A DNA stretch of 64,000 nt from Cyanophora paradoxa CCMP329 (taxonomy: Eukaryota; Plantae; Glaucophyta). Location of the stretch: contig QPMI01000412.1 in the NCBI GenBank assembly GCA_004431415.1, positions 71,197-135,196 of the forward strand, given 5' to 3'. Both the position numbers and the translations under genes were made by a program. The notes beneath the pieces are model-generated. The model saw nothing but the letters and a program-made list of their open reading frames with translations. It did no database searches and was not told the origin of the DNA. Positions 34,799-46,300 of this stretch are shown piece by piece (position 1 is the first letter of the stretch; each line of letters starts with the position of its first letter).

Positions 34799-36349
34799 CT
34801 AGTGGGAGTTCGGGGTGATCTCCGAGATCTTCACCCACCTGTGCTCGGCGGCGGACCTGACGCGCGGAGGAGCAATTAGGGAGCGGCTCGGCAAGAGAGG
34901 GATCTAGAGCAGCGCACTTGGCGGCGGCCATAGCCATGACGAGGGCCTTGCGGCCGTCGTCGCCAGAGCACTCGACGGGGGCGTCCTTCACGAGGCTGTT
35001 GAGGAACGAAATCGTCTCGTTCTTGTACGCCTCCGTGTACCTTCGCGCGGCACCGTCAGCCGCGGCCTGGCGCGCGGCGGGCTGTGTGCGGCCCGTACCG
35101 ATCCATGAAGAAGTTCAGGGGCAGGTCGCGCTTGAGCTTGTCCGCGCCCCAGTGGTGCACGTTGCTGGCGAAGTTGTTGTCCGACATGAGGGCGCCCGCA
35201 GTGCCGAACACCTCCGCGCGCTGGTCGTAGCCGTAGACCGCCTTGCGGCAGTTGTCGACGGTGACGGTCGCGCCGTTCTCGAAGCGGATGGTCGTCAGCG
35301 CAGTGTCGAAGCACAGCGGCGCTGCGGGCGCCGGGTCAGCGGGAGAGAAATGGAAAAGAAAGGAAACGCGGCTAGAGAGCGTATGCGAGAGCGCACCCGC
35401 GAGATCCTTGATGCGCGGGTCAACCAGGTTGCTAGCGACAGCCATGATCTCAACAGGCTCGCTGCCGGTCAGGAAGCGGGACATATCGAAGTCGTGGATC
35501 GCCTAGCGCAAACAAGCATTAGCTAAGGAACCCAAGTGACGCGCGCGGGGACCAGGAGGGACTCGATTCGCGCGCACCATGTCCTTGAAGATGCCACCCG
35601 ACTGCATGGTGTACTCGACCGGCGGCGGGCCCGGGTCGCGCGAGGTAAGACGAACGCTAATGACATTGCCAGCCTCGCCGGCGACGACGCCCTTCTTGAT
35701 CCTGCGGTCGACGCAAACTCAATCACGTTATGACCTGCAGCTGACTAGAAACGCGCTGGCGCGGACAGCCGCGTAACCGCCGTTTTCGCGATGTACGTAC
35801 CGAGCGAAGTTCGGGTCGAAACGGCGCTGGAACGCGAGGAAGAGCTTAACGCCGCACTGCTTGACGACACCGAGGGCCTCGTCGACACCAGCAAGATCGG
35901 TCGCGATGGGCTTCTCGACGAACTAAAGTGGCACGGGAATGTTAGAATGACCACGAAAACGCGCGAGGACAGCCCGAGCGGCGCGCTTAGCCCGGACCCA
36001 AACATGTATGCGGCGCGCAGGCTTACCAGGTGCTTGCCCTTCTGGGCAGCCTCCTTGATAATCTGGGCGTGGGTGTCCGAAGGCGAGCAAACCCAGACCG
36101 CCTTGATGGACGGGTCGTTTAGGATCTCCTTGTAATCAGTCGTGTACTTGGGGATGCGGAAGTCCTCTGCAAGCTTCTTGCACGCGGCCTCGATGACATC
36201 GCTGACGACGGCGAGATCCGCGAACGGCACGGCGGCCAGCGTCTCGGCGTGGACGCGGCCAATGCGGCCAGCGCCAATCAAGCCGACCTTGATGCCTGCC
36301 GACGCTCGTCAACGCGCGCAGACGACGGGCCAGGCATCGGCGCACTCAT
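34799..36349 (-). CDS. iolG: myo-inositol 2-dehydrogenase (Gfo/Idh/MocA family, bacterial IolG type), multi-exon
   Basis: MSIKVGLIGAGRIGRVHAE, EKPIA, FQRRFDPNF, TSRDPGPPP, SGGIFKDMAIHDFDMSRFL, VDNCRKAVYGYDQRAEVFG, FFMDRYTEAY. Confidence 0.93.
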
Positions 36350-36736
36350 GGCTGCTTGCGGGGCGGTCTGGGGCTGGGGCTGAACGGAGTTGACAGGCAC
36401 GCCTGGGGTACGTTGCTCGCCGGCCCGCTTGGGTTCCTCGCTGGCTGCCCCTTCTAGCTTCCCTCCTGCAGAAGGGGAGCAACCCATCTGGCGCGCGGAA
36501 GCCGCGGCCAGAGCACGCGAAAGCTGACGTGCAATGCGTCGGCCGGAGGGGGGTTGCGCAAAATCCTCACGCCCGTAACGTCACGTGCGTCAACAGCGCG
36601 CGCGAGCGGCTGCGGCTACTGGTAGTAGCTACGGAGCACGATTCTGCTGCATTGCGACATCGCCTGCCGCAGCGTCGGCCGAGGCGCGCTCACAGCGGTT
36701 ATGCGAGCGCTAGCGCTACTGGAGCCCGATCGGGGT

Positions 36737-39700
36737 TCAGGTGTAGGCCTCGTAGTTGGCGGTGTCGGTGCGGAGTGCGTAGCAGGAAATGGAGTCGAAG
36801 AGCCATTTGTAGGTGACGATGTCCGCGGCCTCGAGCAGCTCCCGGGCGCCGGGCGGCAGGACGAAGAGACGCAGCAGCTCCTCGATGTCCACGACGCCCT
36901 CGGCCCGCACCGTCTCCGGCGACCGCACGACGTACGCGGCCCGCGCGGCAGTCGGCTCCAGGTCGCCTGCGGCGTCGGCGGCTCCGGGGATGCCTGCGCG
37001 CCGCAGGACGGTGCCGCCGGCGGCCTCGATCAGGTCGACGAGGTCGTTCCGCGTGGGGCCCCCGTCGTTGAACTCGCCCCACAGGCCGAACAGCAGCCCG
37101 GCGAAGAGCCGCGGCGCCTGCGCCCGGCGTCAGGCGGGCACGGAGGCGGCGGCGGCGAGGAACGGACTTCGGCGACGCGGTCGGCGCGGGAGCGGGCAGG
37201 CGCGTCGGTCCGCTGCTTGACGCTGTCGCCCAGCAGCTGGTAGCGCTCCTCGGGCTTCCAACAGTTTGCCTGGAGGCTCGCGCGGACCCCTGCGGCGCAG
37301 CGCCGAAATCAGCGCGAAGCGCTGGGGGGGGCGGGGCGGGGCGCGGATGGGGCGCACAGCCTTCGGATATGACCCAGGCGCCGCGGGCGACTCCAGCGAG
37401 GTACTTGACAGTGCGCTTGCAGAGGCCGCCGAGCGTCTCGCGCGCCACCACGTGCGTCACCTCCTCGCTCCACGCCTCCGTCAGCTTCGCCCCGCCCAGC
37501 TTCGCCACCGCCCGCCCCAGCTCGCTCTGACGGCCCGTGAGCGGGCGAGGGAGGGGAGAGGGGTGCGCGCCCGGGGCGAGAGCACCCTCTGGCTCTCGTT
37601 CAGGCCGCTGGCGAGGATGACGCGCGTGACCGGCACCGGGTCGGCTTCCTTCCGGCCCGAGCGCCGCCCTGTGCGCGCGACATGTGTTGAGAACGGAATG
37701 AATGCATGTAAGAATGCCGAGGAGTACGCACCCGTGGAGGGGCGGGGTGCAGGGCTGGAGGATGATGACGCGGGGGAGGGGGCAGGGCGAGGCGCAGAGC
37801 TAGATGCCGAAGGCGTCGCCGGCGGGGGAGGGCGGAAGCTAGGGCCAGGGGTGGACGAGGGTGACCGAAGGGGCGTCGGCTGGGACTTCTGGGAAGCCGA
37901 AGGAGGGCGGGGTGCGGGGGCGGAGAAGCGGGCAGAGGCCGGCGGGCTCGCGGCGGGGGTCTTCTGCTGCTTTCGGCTGCTGGAGGGGGCTGGGGCGCTG
38001 GCGCGGCGCGGGGTCGGTGCCGCGGAGCTGCAGCAGGAGCCGGCCTCGCTGCCGCTGCCGTCTTCGGCGGAGCTCCGCTGCGAGGGGCGCCGCCTCCCGC
38101 TCTCCTTGGCCTGCAGGCGCTCCACCTCTTGCTTGCCCAGCCCGCGGTGCTTCGGGCACTCAAGCACGTGCTCCGTCTGCGCTCGCGTTCGCCGGGGTCG
38201 CGGCAAGGGACGCGGGGGGACGGCGCTCACCTCGTACAAGGTGGTGCCGTCGTTCTGCTTGACGAGCTCGCGGGCGCACTGCAAGTGGAACTGCCGCTTG
38301 CACCGGCGGAGGAGGCAGCCGATGGCCGCCCCGCCCTCCCCGCACTTCTTGTAGCTGCACTTCTGCAGCGGGGCATGAGGGCCGACCGCGCGGGGGGACG
38401 GGGCGGGCGCACCAGGTTACGGGAGCGCCACCACTCTTCGTGGAGGTTAATGTACCCTCCGGTGCCGTCCTCCATCACGTCCGGGGCCCAGTCCGCGCAT
38501 TGCTCGTGCACGTAGAGGCCCCGGACCGTCCCCTGCGGACCGCCGTCAGCAGAAGGCCGGGGTAGCAGTGGGGCGGCGGCGCGCCTTCTTCTGCCGGTTG
38601 GGGATCGCGTAGGGGCCGATGCCGTCGCCGCAGGGGTCCGCCGGCTCGCCCTCCCGCGGGAGCTGCCGGTTGCAGAAGCCGCACTTCTTCACGATCTTGG
38701 GGGTCGCCCGGCCGGGGCTCTGCCGGCCCAGCCGCGGGTCGGCGGGGACCGTCTCTTCGTCCTGCAGGTCCTCGTCGCTGTGGACCGAGTCGCTCAGGCC
38801 GCCGCCGTCGACGCTGGCGAACATGAGGAAGGCGCTCTCGTAGTGCTTGACGGCGCCGGCCCAGCACGCCTCCGGGCAGGCGTCGAAGCGGCGGGTGAAG
38901 CCCTGCTTGCGGAAGAACTTGGTCGCCGTGAGGTCCGCGAAGGTCACCAGCCAGCAGATCCCCTCCTGCCCCGCCTCCTCCCTGCCCCGCCGTTGGCGGG
39001 GGTCGAAGGCGGGGAGGGGCCGCGGGAGGGGCCGGACCGGAGGGCGGTGAGGAGGCGGGAGCCGACACCTCGCTTCTGGATGGCGTCGCTGACGACGAGG
39101 AACGTGATCTCAGCGATGCGGCGCTCCTCCCGCGGCATGGGCTTGTACACCGCCGCCCCCTGCAGCACCCCGCCCGGCCCCACGTCCAGGAGGCTCCGGT
39201 GGAACCTGCGGGGCGGTGAGGCGGGGCGCGGCGGGCCGGCCCCCAGGCGGGGCGCACGGGTCGGCGATGACGCCGTCCACGTAGGGCTTGGACATCTCCG
39301 GGAGGACGGAGATGACGAGTTCGGAGAGCGCGTCGGTGTACTTTATCCTGTCCGCGCCCTGCAGGTCCCCCAGCCGAACGTAGCCCTCCACCGGCACCGG
39401 CGCGAGCGCGAAGGGAGGCACGCCGCCCGCCGGCGAGGCCGAGGAGGAGGCGGGGGCGGAGGCGCGGGAGGTGGTCGAGGCGGTGGCTGTGGGCGGACCG
39501 GCGGACTTCGAGGTCGTGCTGGCGGCTTCTAGGACCTCGCCCCCGCCGGCTCCCGCCTCGATCTTCTTCGGCGTCGCGGAGAAGAGGCCGGGGACGCCGC
39601 ACGGCTGCAGCGGATCCCGCCGGGCCGGCGAGGGCGACAGGCACGCCGCGCCGCTCCGGGCTTTCTTCATGGGCCGCTTGTTCGGCGACTCGTGCGCCGA

Positions 39701-41499
39701 AGGGCCGCCAACGAGCGGCGCGATGTTCTCCTTGTCGGGCAGGTCCCGGGGCGGGTCCCGTGGGCGGGCGGCGTGGGGCGGCGGAACGGGGCGGGCCGGA
39801 ACGAGAGGCGGGGCCGGGGGGCAGGAGAGAGGCCCGCCGAGGGCCTCGATGACGGAGTGGGAGAGGAAGGGGGCGGCGTCGGGGATGGCGCTGCGGACCG
39901 CGGTCCGGATGCTCTCCACCTGCGAAGGCCGCAGCTCTGCGGGTGGGGTCAGCCGAGGGCGCCGCAGGGGAGGCGGGCGGCCCGCACGGTTCGCGATGAT
40001 GTCGGCGCCAGCGTCGACCGCGGCGGCCACAGCCTCGGCAGCCCGCGGTACGTCCTGCGCGCCGCCGAGGGCCGCATCGCGCGCGGCGGCACGGCCGGCC
40101 TCAAAGCCCGAGGGGGCGACCGTTGCGTCTTCGTCCAGATCCATTTCGTGCTGCTCGCCGCCGCCGGCCGGCGCCTCCTCGCCGCTCTGCGGCTCGATGG
40201 CCGCACCGCCGGGGGCCTCCCACGCCGGATCCCATGCTGGCTCCTCTGCAGCCTGCGCTTGCTCGTCCCCGGCGTAAGGATCCTCGAGGCCTGCAGAAAT
40301 GGCTTAGCTGCAGTGTGGCGCACTACTTGAAGGAAGGGGGAAGAAGCACCTCCAGCGGGGGCCTCAGCATACAGCTCGGGCGCAGCGGCCTCGGGATCTG
40401 CCATCTCGATATCTGCCGCCGGCTCGCCCTCGTCGACTCTCCGCAACGGTGATGCAGGTGGCATGAGGGGCCTGGGCGGACGCCGCGTGCTGGGGGAGCG
40501 GGGCCGGCGGCGGGGCGGAGAGGGTATGGAGCAGTTGACGGAGTCGAAGTAGATAGCGTCGGGACGGTGGTAAGGTTGAGCCAAGAGCGCCGACATGGCC
40601 TCCCGCGCTGTCAGCGCTTTCTGCTGTTCGGGCGGGACCGACCCCTCCCCCGGCGACGCGTCTTCGATGTCGTCGACTGTCTCGTGCTGATGCCCGCGGC
40701 GGGCTGCCGGCCGCTCCGGCTGAGCGTGCGGAGCGGGCGCAGGCACGGCTGCTGGAGCGGTCTCTCCTCGCGCTGCTGGAGAATGGCTCTGGCGCGCGTC
40801 TGGCAAGGCCGGCAGCTGCGGGGCGTTGGCCGCCGATGATGGCTTCTGCCGCGCGTGCCGGCGACCGGGCGCATCCTGCGAAGGATCTTCCACATCCTCG
40901 ACCTCGTCTTGATCACGGCCGACGGACAGCCTGTTCAACGAGCTCGGCTCCCCTGATCGGATTCGATCAACTCCGGGTCGAGGCTACTGGGCGATTTTGA
41001 ATGCGCACCGGCGGAGGCTTCCCCTTCCAGCAGTGCGCGGCCTTTGACCACATTCTCGAGGTGCAAGAAGGCGTCCACGAGGTCCCGATAGCGCTGCACG
41101 GCATGGAGGGAGCGGCGATCGAACTCGCCCTTGCAGCTGCGGAAGGGGAATGGGCAAACAGGCATTAGGGATCATACATTCGATCCATTCGAAGTGACGG
41201 CGCACTTCGGGCACTTCAGCTTGTTGCGCTGCAGCGGACACTTCTTGATGCACTCCCTGCGCGGGCCGTCGGGCACGAGAAGAGGGCAGCATTCTATTCC
41301 AGGTGACATCCGCACGCACGCGCAAAAGAAGTGGTTGCAGGGCAAGGCGAGAGGGTCGTCGACGACATCTTGACTGCGGCGGCCGAGCTCGGAAAAAGGC
41401 GCTGGGAGCGGGGAGCGCTCGATCGCACCAGATAGTGCAATGCAATTCCTGTCGGAAACCGTCCAGCGCCCGCTGCAGCGTGGCGTCCTCGGGCTTCAT
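36737..41499 (-). CDS. BRCA1/BARD1-like protein: RING - disordered linker - GCN5-type GNAT acetyltransferase - extended PHD - tandem BRCT
   Basis: RING ELHCTIC..LPCNHFFCAECI..KCPKCK; GNAT IAEITFLVV..QKRGVG..VTFAD..FFRKQGF..VKHYESAFLM; ePHD CGFC..VHEQCADWAP..GAAIGC..CKRQFHLQCA..CPKH; BRCT VTHVVA..RTVKYLAGVARGAWVI..W, PRLFAGL..LIEAAGG..WLFDSIS. Confidence 0.88.
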
Positions 41500-42125
41500 C
41501 GCCGCAGTTCAAAAAAGCGCCGCCAGCCGCGAGCCGGCTGCTCGGGGGCGGTCCTACGATCGCTGCAATCGCTGCAGATTGACTTTGGAGCGCCGCGGAG
41601 CGCCGCTGGCTCCGTTCTTGCCGGCCGCGGGGGGTACGGGTAGCACAGGTCCACACACAAGCAGATCGACCTGCGCCACATGTACGTCCACTCAAGCGCG
41701 GCACAGGCCGCGGCGCAATCGCCGATTCGCAAAGCGGCTCCCAAACAGCATCGGCGCGCGCGGCGCGGCTCGTTTGCGCGCGCGCGCGCGCGTGCCCAGG
41801 GCCCGCCCTCGAGCTCGAGCTCGACAGCTATAGCAATTTTATCATGATCGCATACAAACCAGCGATCGTGGCGCCGGTGCCCGGCCTAGGCCTGGCAGAA
41901 CTGCACGTCCCGCGATCGAAAGACGTCGACAGGTGGCGGTTTAAAGGTAGCGGTACAAGGTGCAGAGCTAAGCTAAGCCGACTATTAAACTATTGATACT
42001 ACTGCCAGTCTGCTGGCACAAAAAGAAGCAGAATATCAGAGCAGGCTATGCATGCTAAGCAGCGAATTGATCAAAATACCGCGAGCGCCAAGACAAAAAG
42101 CAGCGGCGATCTGAGGAAACCGAGG

Positions 42126-43188
42126 TCACTGCTCAGGCCGGATGCCGGGTAGGCCCTGTATCGTGGAGGTGCACTGGAACCATGTCTCGCTCACCCCGCC
42201 GCCCGCGCAATCAGCAGAGACCGCGGCGGCGCTGTCGCCCGCCGGGGCCGCCGGGGACGCAGCGTGGGAAGAGCCGGGCTCGTGGAGCTGGAAGCTGGCG
42301 ACGACGTTGCCGAGGGTGCGGTCGACGTCCTCGCCGTCGTCCAGCCCCGCGCGCAGCACCACCGTCCGCCGCTGCACTGCCGGCGGCCGCAGCGCTCGGC
42401 TCGCCGACATGGAGGGGGGTGCGCTGCTGGAGGGAGGGACGGCAGGGAAGGAGCCGAGGCGGATCTCTACGGGGGTCAGCCGCCTTCGGGTTGTGGCGAC
42501 GGAGAAGTTCTGGCGGGGGAAGAGGTCCGGGGAGCAGGCGGTGGCTGGGGAGAGGAAAAGTACGGCGAGCTTCGTGGCGCCGAGGTCGCGGTGGAAGACG
42601 TCGAGGTCCGCGACGACCAGCGCCCGAATCATGCGGCGGCAGACCTCCCGCGCTCGCTCCAGCTCCGCGGGCTCCGGCGGACGCCGTTCCAATCCGAAGC
42701 CCTGCACGCCGAGGGCGCTCGTGTCCACGGCGCCGTGCTGGCCGCGGAGGCTCCACTCGTTTGCGAACTTGATCACGTACAATTCGCGCGGGCTGACGGG
42801 CGAGCTCCCCATCGAGATCATGACGCTGCTGATGCACGTGTTCGTGGCGAATGCTGCTTCGACGGACTGGAACAGGGATTCCGCGGAGTGCACCAGCTTG
42901 AGCCGGCGCCGAAGCTGGAGGGACGCGCGAGGCCCGCTCTTGCCAGGGATCCCGCCCTCGCCGCAGTCCTGCTGCAGGCACCTCTTGAACTGAGACGCGC
43001 GTCTGCATCAGCACCGGGCCAGGGCGCGCGACGGCCTCGGGGAATGAGCGAAAGCGCACTTCGTCGTATGTGCATGGGATCTGCTGCCGCATAAACAGCA
43101 AGTACTTGATAAGCTCCCGGACCAGGATGCTCGACGTGTAGGCCGAGAGCGGCGTTGGCAGCGGTACATCGAGCGTCCAGCCACCCAT
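42126..43188 (-). CDS. MAD2L1BP: p31comet / MAD2L1-binding protein (HORMA fold), 2 exons
   Basis: LVRELIKYLLFMRQQIP, MGSSPVSPRELY, CRRMIRALV, TKL, FPRQNF, WFQCTSTIQG. Confidence 0.85.
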
Positions 43189-43384
43189 CCCGCTCTGCCT
43201 GCCTATCGCGGAGTGCCCTCCTCGTCACTCCGAGGCGCTCGGCACGGATCGCGGCGGCTGCAGAGACTGAGTCGGCGACCTGCGGGTCGCGAGGGTCGAC
43301 CTGGGTCGTTGCAAGGGGGGTGCCACAAATATTGGCTAAGTTGGCCGCGCCGCCCCAGTCCGGGCGGCGCGCGGCGAGGCGGCC

Positions 43385-46300
43385 ATGCCTCAGAAATACC
43401 AGACCATCGTGGCGGTGAACAGGCCGACCGCGACGGTACGGCTTCCACTTCTCCGCAGAACTCCGCCGTTCTCACGCCCTTGCAGCTGGGCGCGCAGCTG
43501 GGCGTGATCCTTATTCGACCCGAGGAGCCAATCACGGCGCGAAGCGATCCCGGGAGCGCGAGCACCACCCTGAAGTCACAGAAGACCGACACGCTCGAAC
43601 CGAAGCCGCCACCCACCAATCGCAGACCCAACGATGGCTTTGGACAACCACCTTCAAGGAGGCGCTACATGCAGCCAGAGAAGACGCAGCGCGCGCTAAG
43701 CGGCTTCCTGCAACAGGACTACGGTCTGGACGCGATCGGCGACTCGGATTCCGTGAACAGCGATGAGCTCCAGCTTATCGATGTAGCATACGAAGAAGAG
43801 CTTGGCAAACTGCAACAGCGATTGACGGCCGCGCTCGCCAAGGCTCGCGCTGGAGATCAGGTCAGGTTAAACAAAGGCCACGGCCTGTCGCGACCGCGCA
43901 CGCTGGAAGCACTAGAGAGCTTCATTGCAGCGGTGAGTACTCTTTTCCTGACGGCACCGTGCGCTTGGTTCGAAGGCCACTGCGCAGGAGCTCGCGATCT
44001 TGAAGGAGAGTGGGGATGAAACTGCAGAGTCCCGCCTGCGCATCTACCTGGTCTGTATGGAGCAGCTCTCTGCGGAATTCAAAATCTACGGTCCTCTCCT
44101 AAGCATTATCAAGGTCCGCCGCATCTGCCGCTCGAGGGTTGCGCGGGGTAGCTGTCAGGAACAATCGCCATGCGATGATGATCCATATTCCCTTTCGAAT
44201 GACGCTCGGCACGTCCAAGCCGATGCGATGAATATCACTCGTACTGATCTACGGCGTATTCACATACGGATAATCCGAAATTTTAAACGCTCCTATCGTC
44301 CATAGATTTGCGCTGCCAGCGCGTAAAATAATGCTTGACGTAAGCGCGTTGCACCCTGATGATCCATATTCCCTTTCGAATGACGCTCGGCACGTCCAAG
44401 CCGATGCGATGAATAACCCTCTCGCTGATCGTCGACGCGCCGGACGGGGCCGGGGGTCCCGGGTCGGGCGCCGGGCGCCGGGTCGCTGACGCGCGCCCCG
44501 CAGCGGGAGTTCGTGGCGGCGCTGGAGGAGGGGCGGGCGCGGGAGCGGGAGCTGGCCGGCCTGGCGCTGCTGACGGAGCAGGCCAACGTCAAGAAGGTCG
44601 CCGAGCTCGAGGAGCGCCTCCGCCGCGCCTGCGCACGGGTGCGCCCCGCCGCCACTCACTCCCCGCCCCCTCGCGGCGCTGAGGCGGCGCAGCTGGACGG
44701 AGACGACGACGAGGAGAGCGACGAGGAGCTGGAGGGGAAGGGCATCGCGTCGAACCTCTCCTCGCCCCGCAAGTCGCAGGCCGGCTCGCCCCGGCGCAAG
44801 AAGCGGCGGGCCGGCGGGCGCGGCGGCCCCGAGCTGGCGAGCCTCTCGGCGCAGCTGAAGCAGGCCGCCGACGGGCGCGCCCTCCTCGAGGACCTCCTCC
44901 GCCAGGCGTGCGTCCGGGGCCCGGCCCGCTCGGGGCGCCGCGGGGCGCCGACGGCGGCGGCGGGGCGCAGGCGCGGGGCGTGGGAGCAGGGCGAGGAGGC
45001 GCCGGCGGTGCTCAAGGCGCTGCTGGACAACGCGCTGGCGCCGCCCTCGGGGGAGGCCTCGCCGCGCGGCGACGGGGAGGCCCGCTCGCCACGGCGCTCC
45101 CTCTTCCCGGAGAAGGACCGGCAGCTCAACATGCAGGCGCGGATCAACCAGCTGACGATGGAGCTCTACAAGCAGACGACGCAGAACGCGAGCCTGCAGC
45201 GGGCCGCCGAGGAGCGCATCGACCGGGCGGCCTTCGTGGCGCTGCAGGAGAAGCTCGCGGAGGCGGAGGCGGGCGTGAAGGCGCGGGAGGAGGCGCTGGC
45301 GGCCGGGGAGCAGCTGCTGGGGCGCCGCGAGGAGGAGCTCACGCGCCTCACCGTCCGCCACCACGAGCTCCTCGGCGCCATCCGCGCCTCCGCCGCCGCC
45401 GCAGCGGCAGCCCCGGCACCCCCGGCCCCCGCCACCGCACCCGCCCCCCAAAAGGTCCGCCCCTCGTTTCAGCCCCGCCCTCTTATTGCGTTTTACACTT
45501 CTTGGCCACTACTTCCCCGGCTTCACCACTTCTTTACCCGTTTCTCTGGACCGAAAGCGCCTAAAGGATGATCAAATCATTTCCCTGTTAGTTTGACCCG
45601 GCCTCGAGCCTGGGCGTGAAAATCAAACCTTATGTCTGGACCGCTGAACGCGCTTCGTCCCGCAATCTCCCCTCGCCTAGAGCGGCTAAGGGATTAATCA
45701 CATATTTCCCTGTTAGTATAATTCTGGCCCCGCACCGAAAGCGCCTAAAGGATGATCAAATCATTTCCCTGTTAGTTTGACCCGGCCTCGAGCCTGGGCG
45801 TGAAAATCAAACCTTATGTCTGGACCGCTGAACGCGCTTCGTCCTGCAATCTCCCCTCGCCTAGCGCGGCTAAAGGATGAATCACATATTTCCCTGTTAG
45901 TATGACCCTGGCTTCGAGCCTGGGCGTGAACTATCACATATGTTCGGACCGCTGATGCCGCATCAATTTTTCTGTTTCCGAATAAGAGCGCCCAAAAGGA
46001 TGAACAACTCATTTCCCTGTTAGTTGGACCCTGGCCACGAGCCTGGGCGTGAAAACCAAACCTTATGTCTGGACCGCTGAACACGCGCTCCCCGTCTTCT
46101 CCTTAACGCCCCCCTTTCCCCCAAACGTGAGCGCTTAGAGGATGAATCACATATTTCCCTGTTAGTATGACCCTGGCCTCAAGCCTGGGCGTGAACTATC
46201 ACATATGTTCGGACCGCTGATCCGCGCTCATTTCCCCTCGAGCTCGCTTTTCGTGCCTCCACCGTTGCCGGCCCGCCCCGGATGGCCGACGCGGGCGCGC

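Noticed and set aside
36737-43188. Functional cluster of BRCA1-like and p31comet genes
   Set aside because: Adjacency of two genome-maintenance genes in a gene-dense eukaryote is unsupported without synteny data.
45555-46230. CRISPR array or satellite interpretation of the repeat-spacer pattern
   Set aside because: Eukaryotic intron, no cas genes, and units of about 83 nt with C/D boxes, co-varying stems and rRNA complementarity fit snoRNAs.
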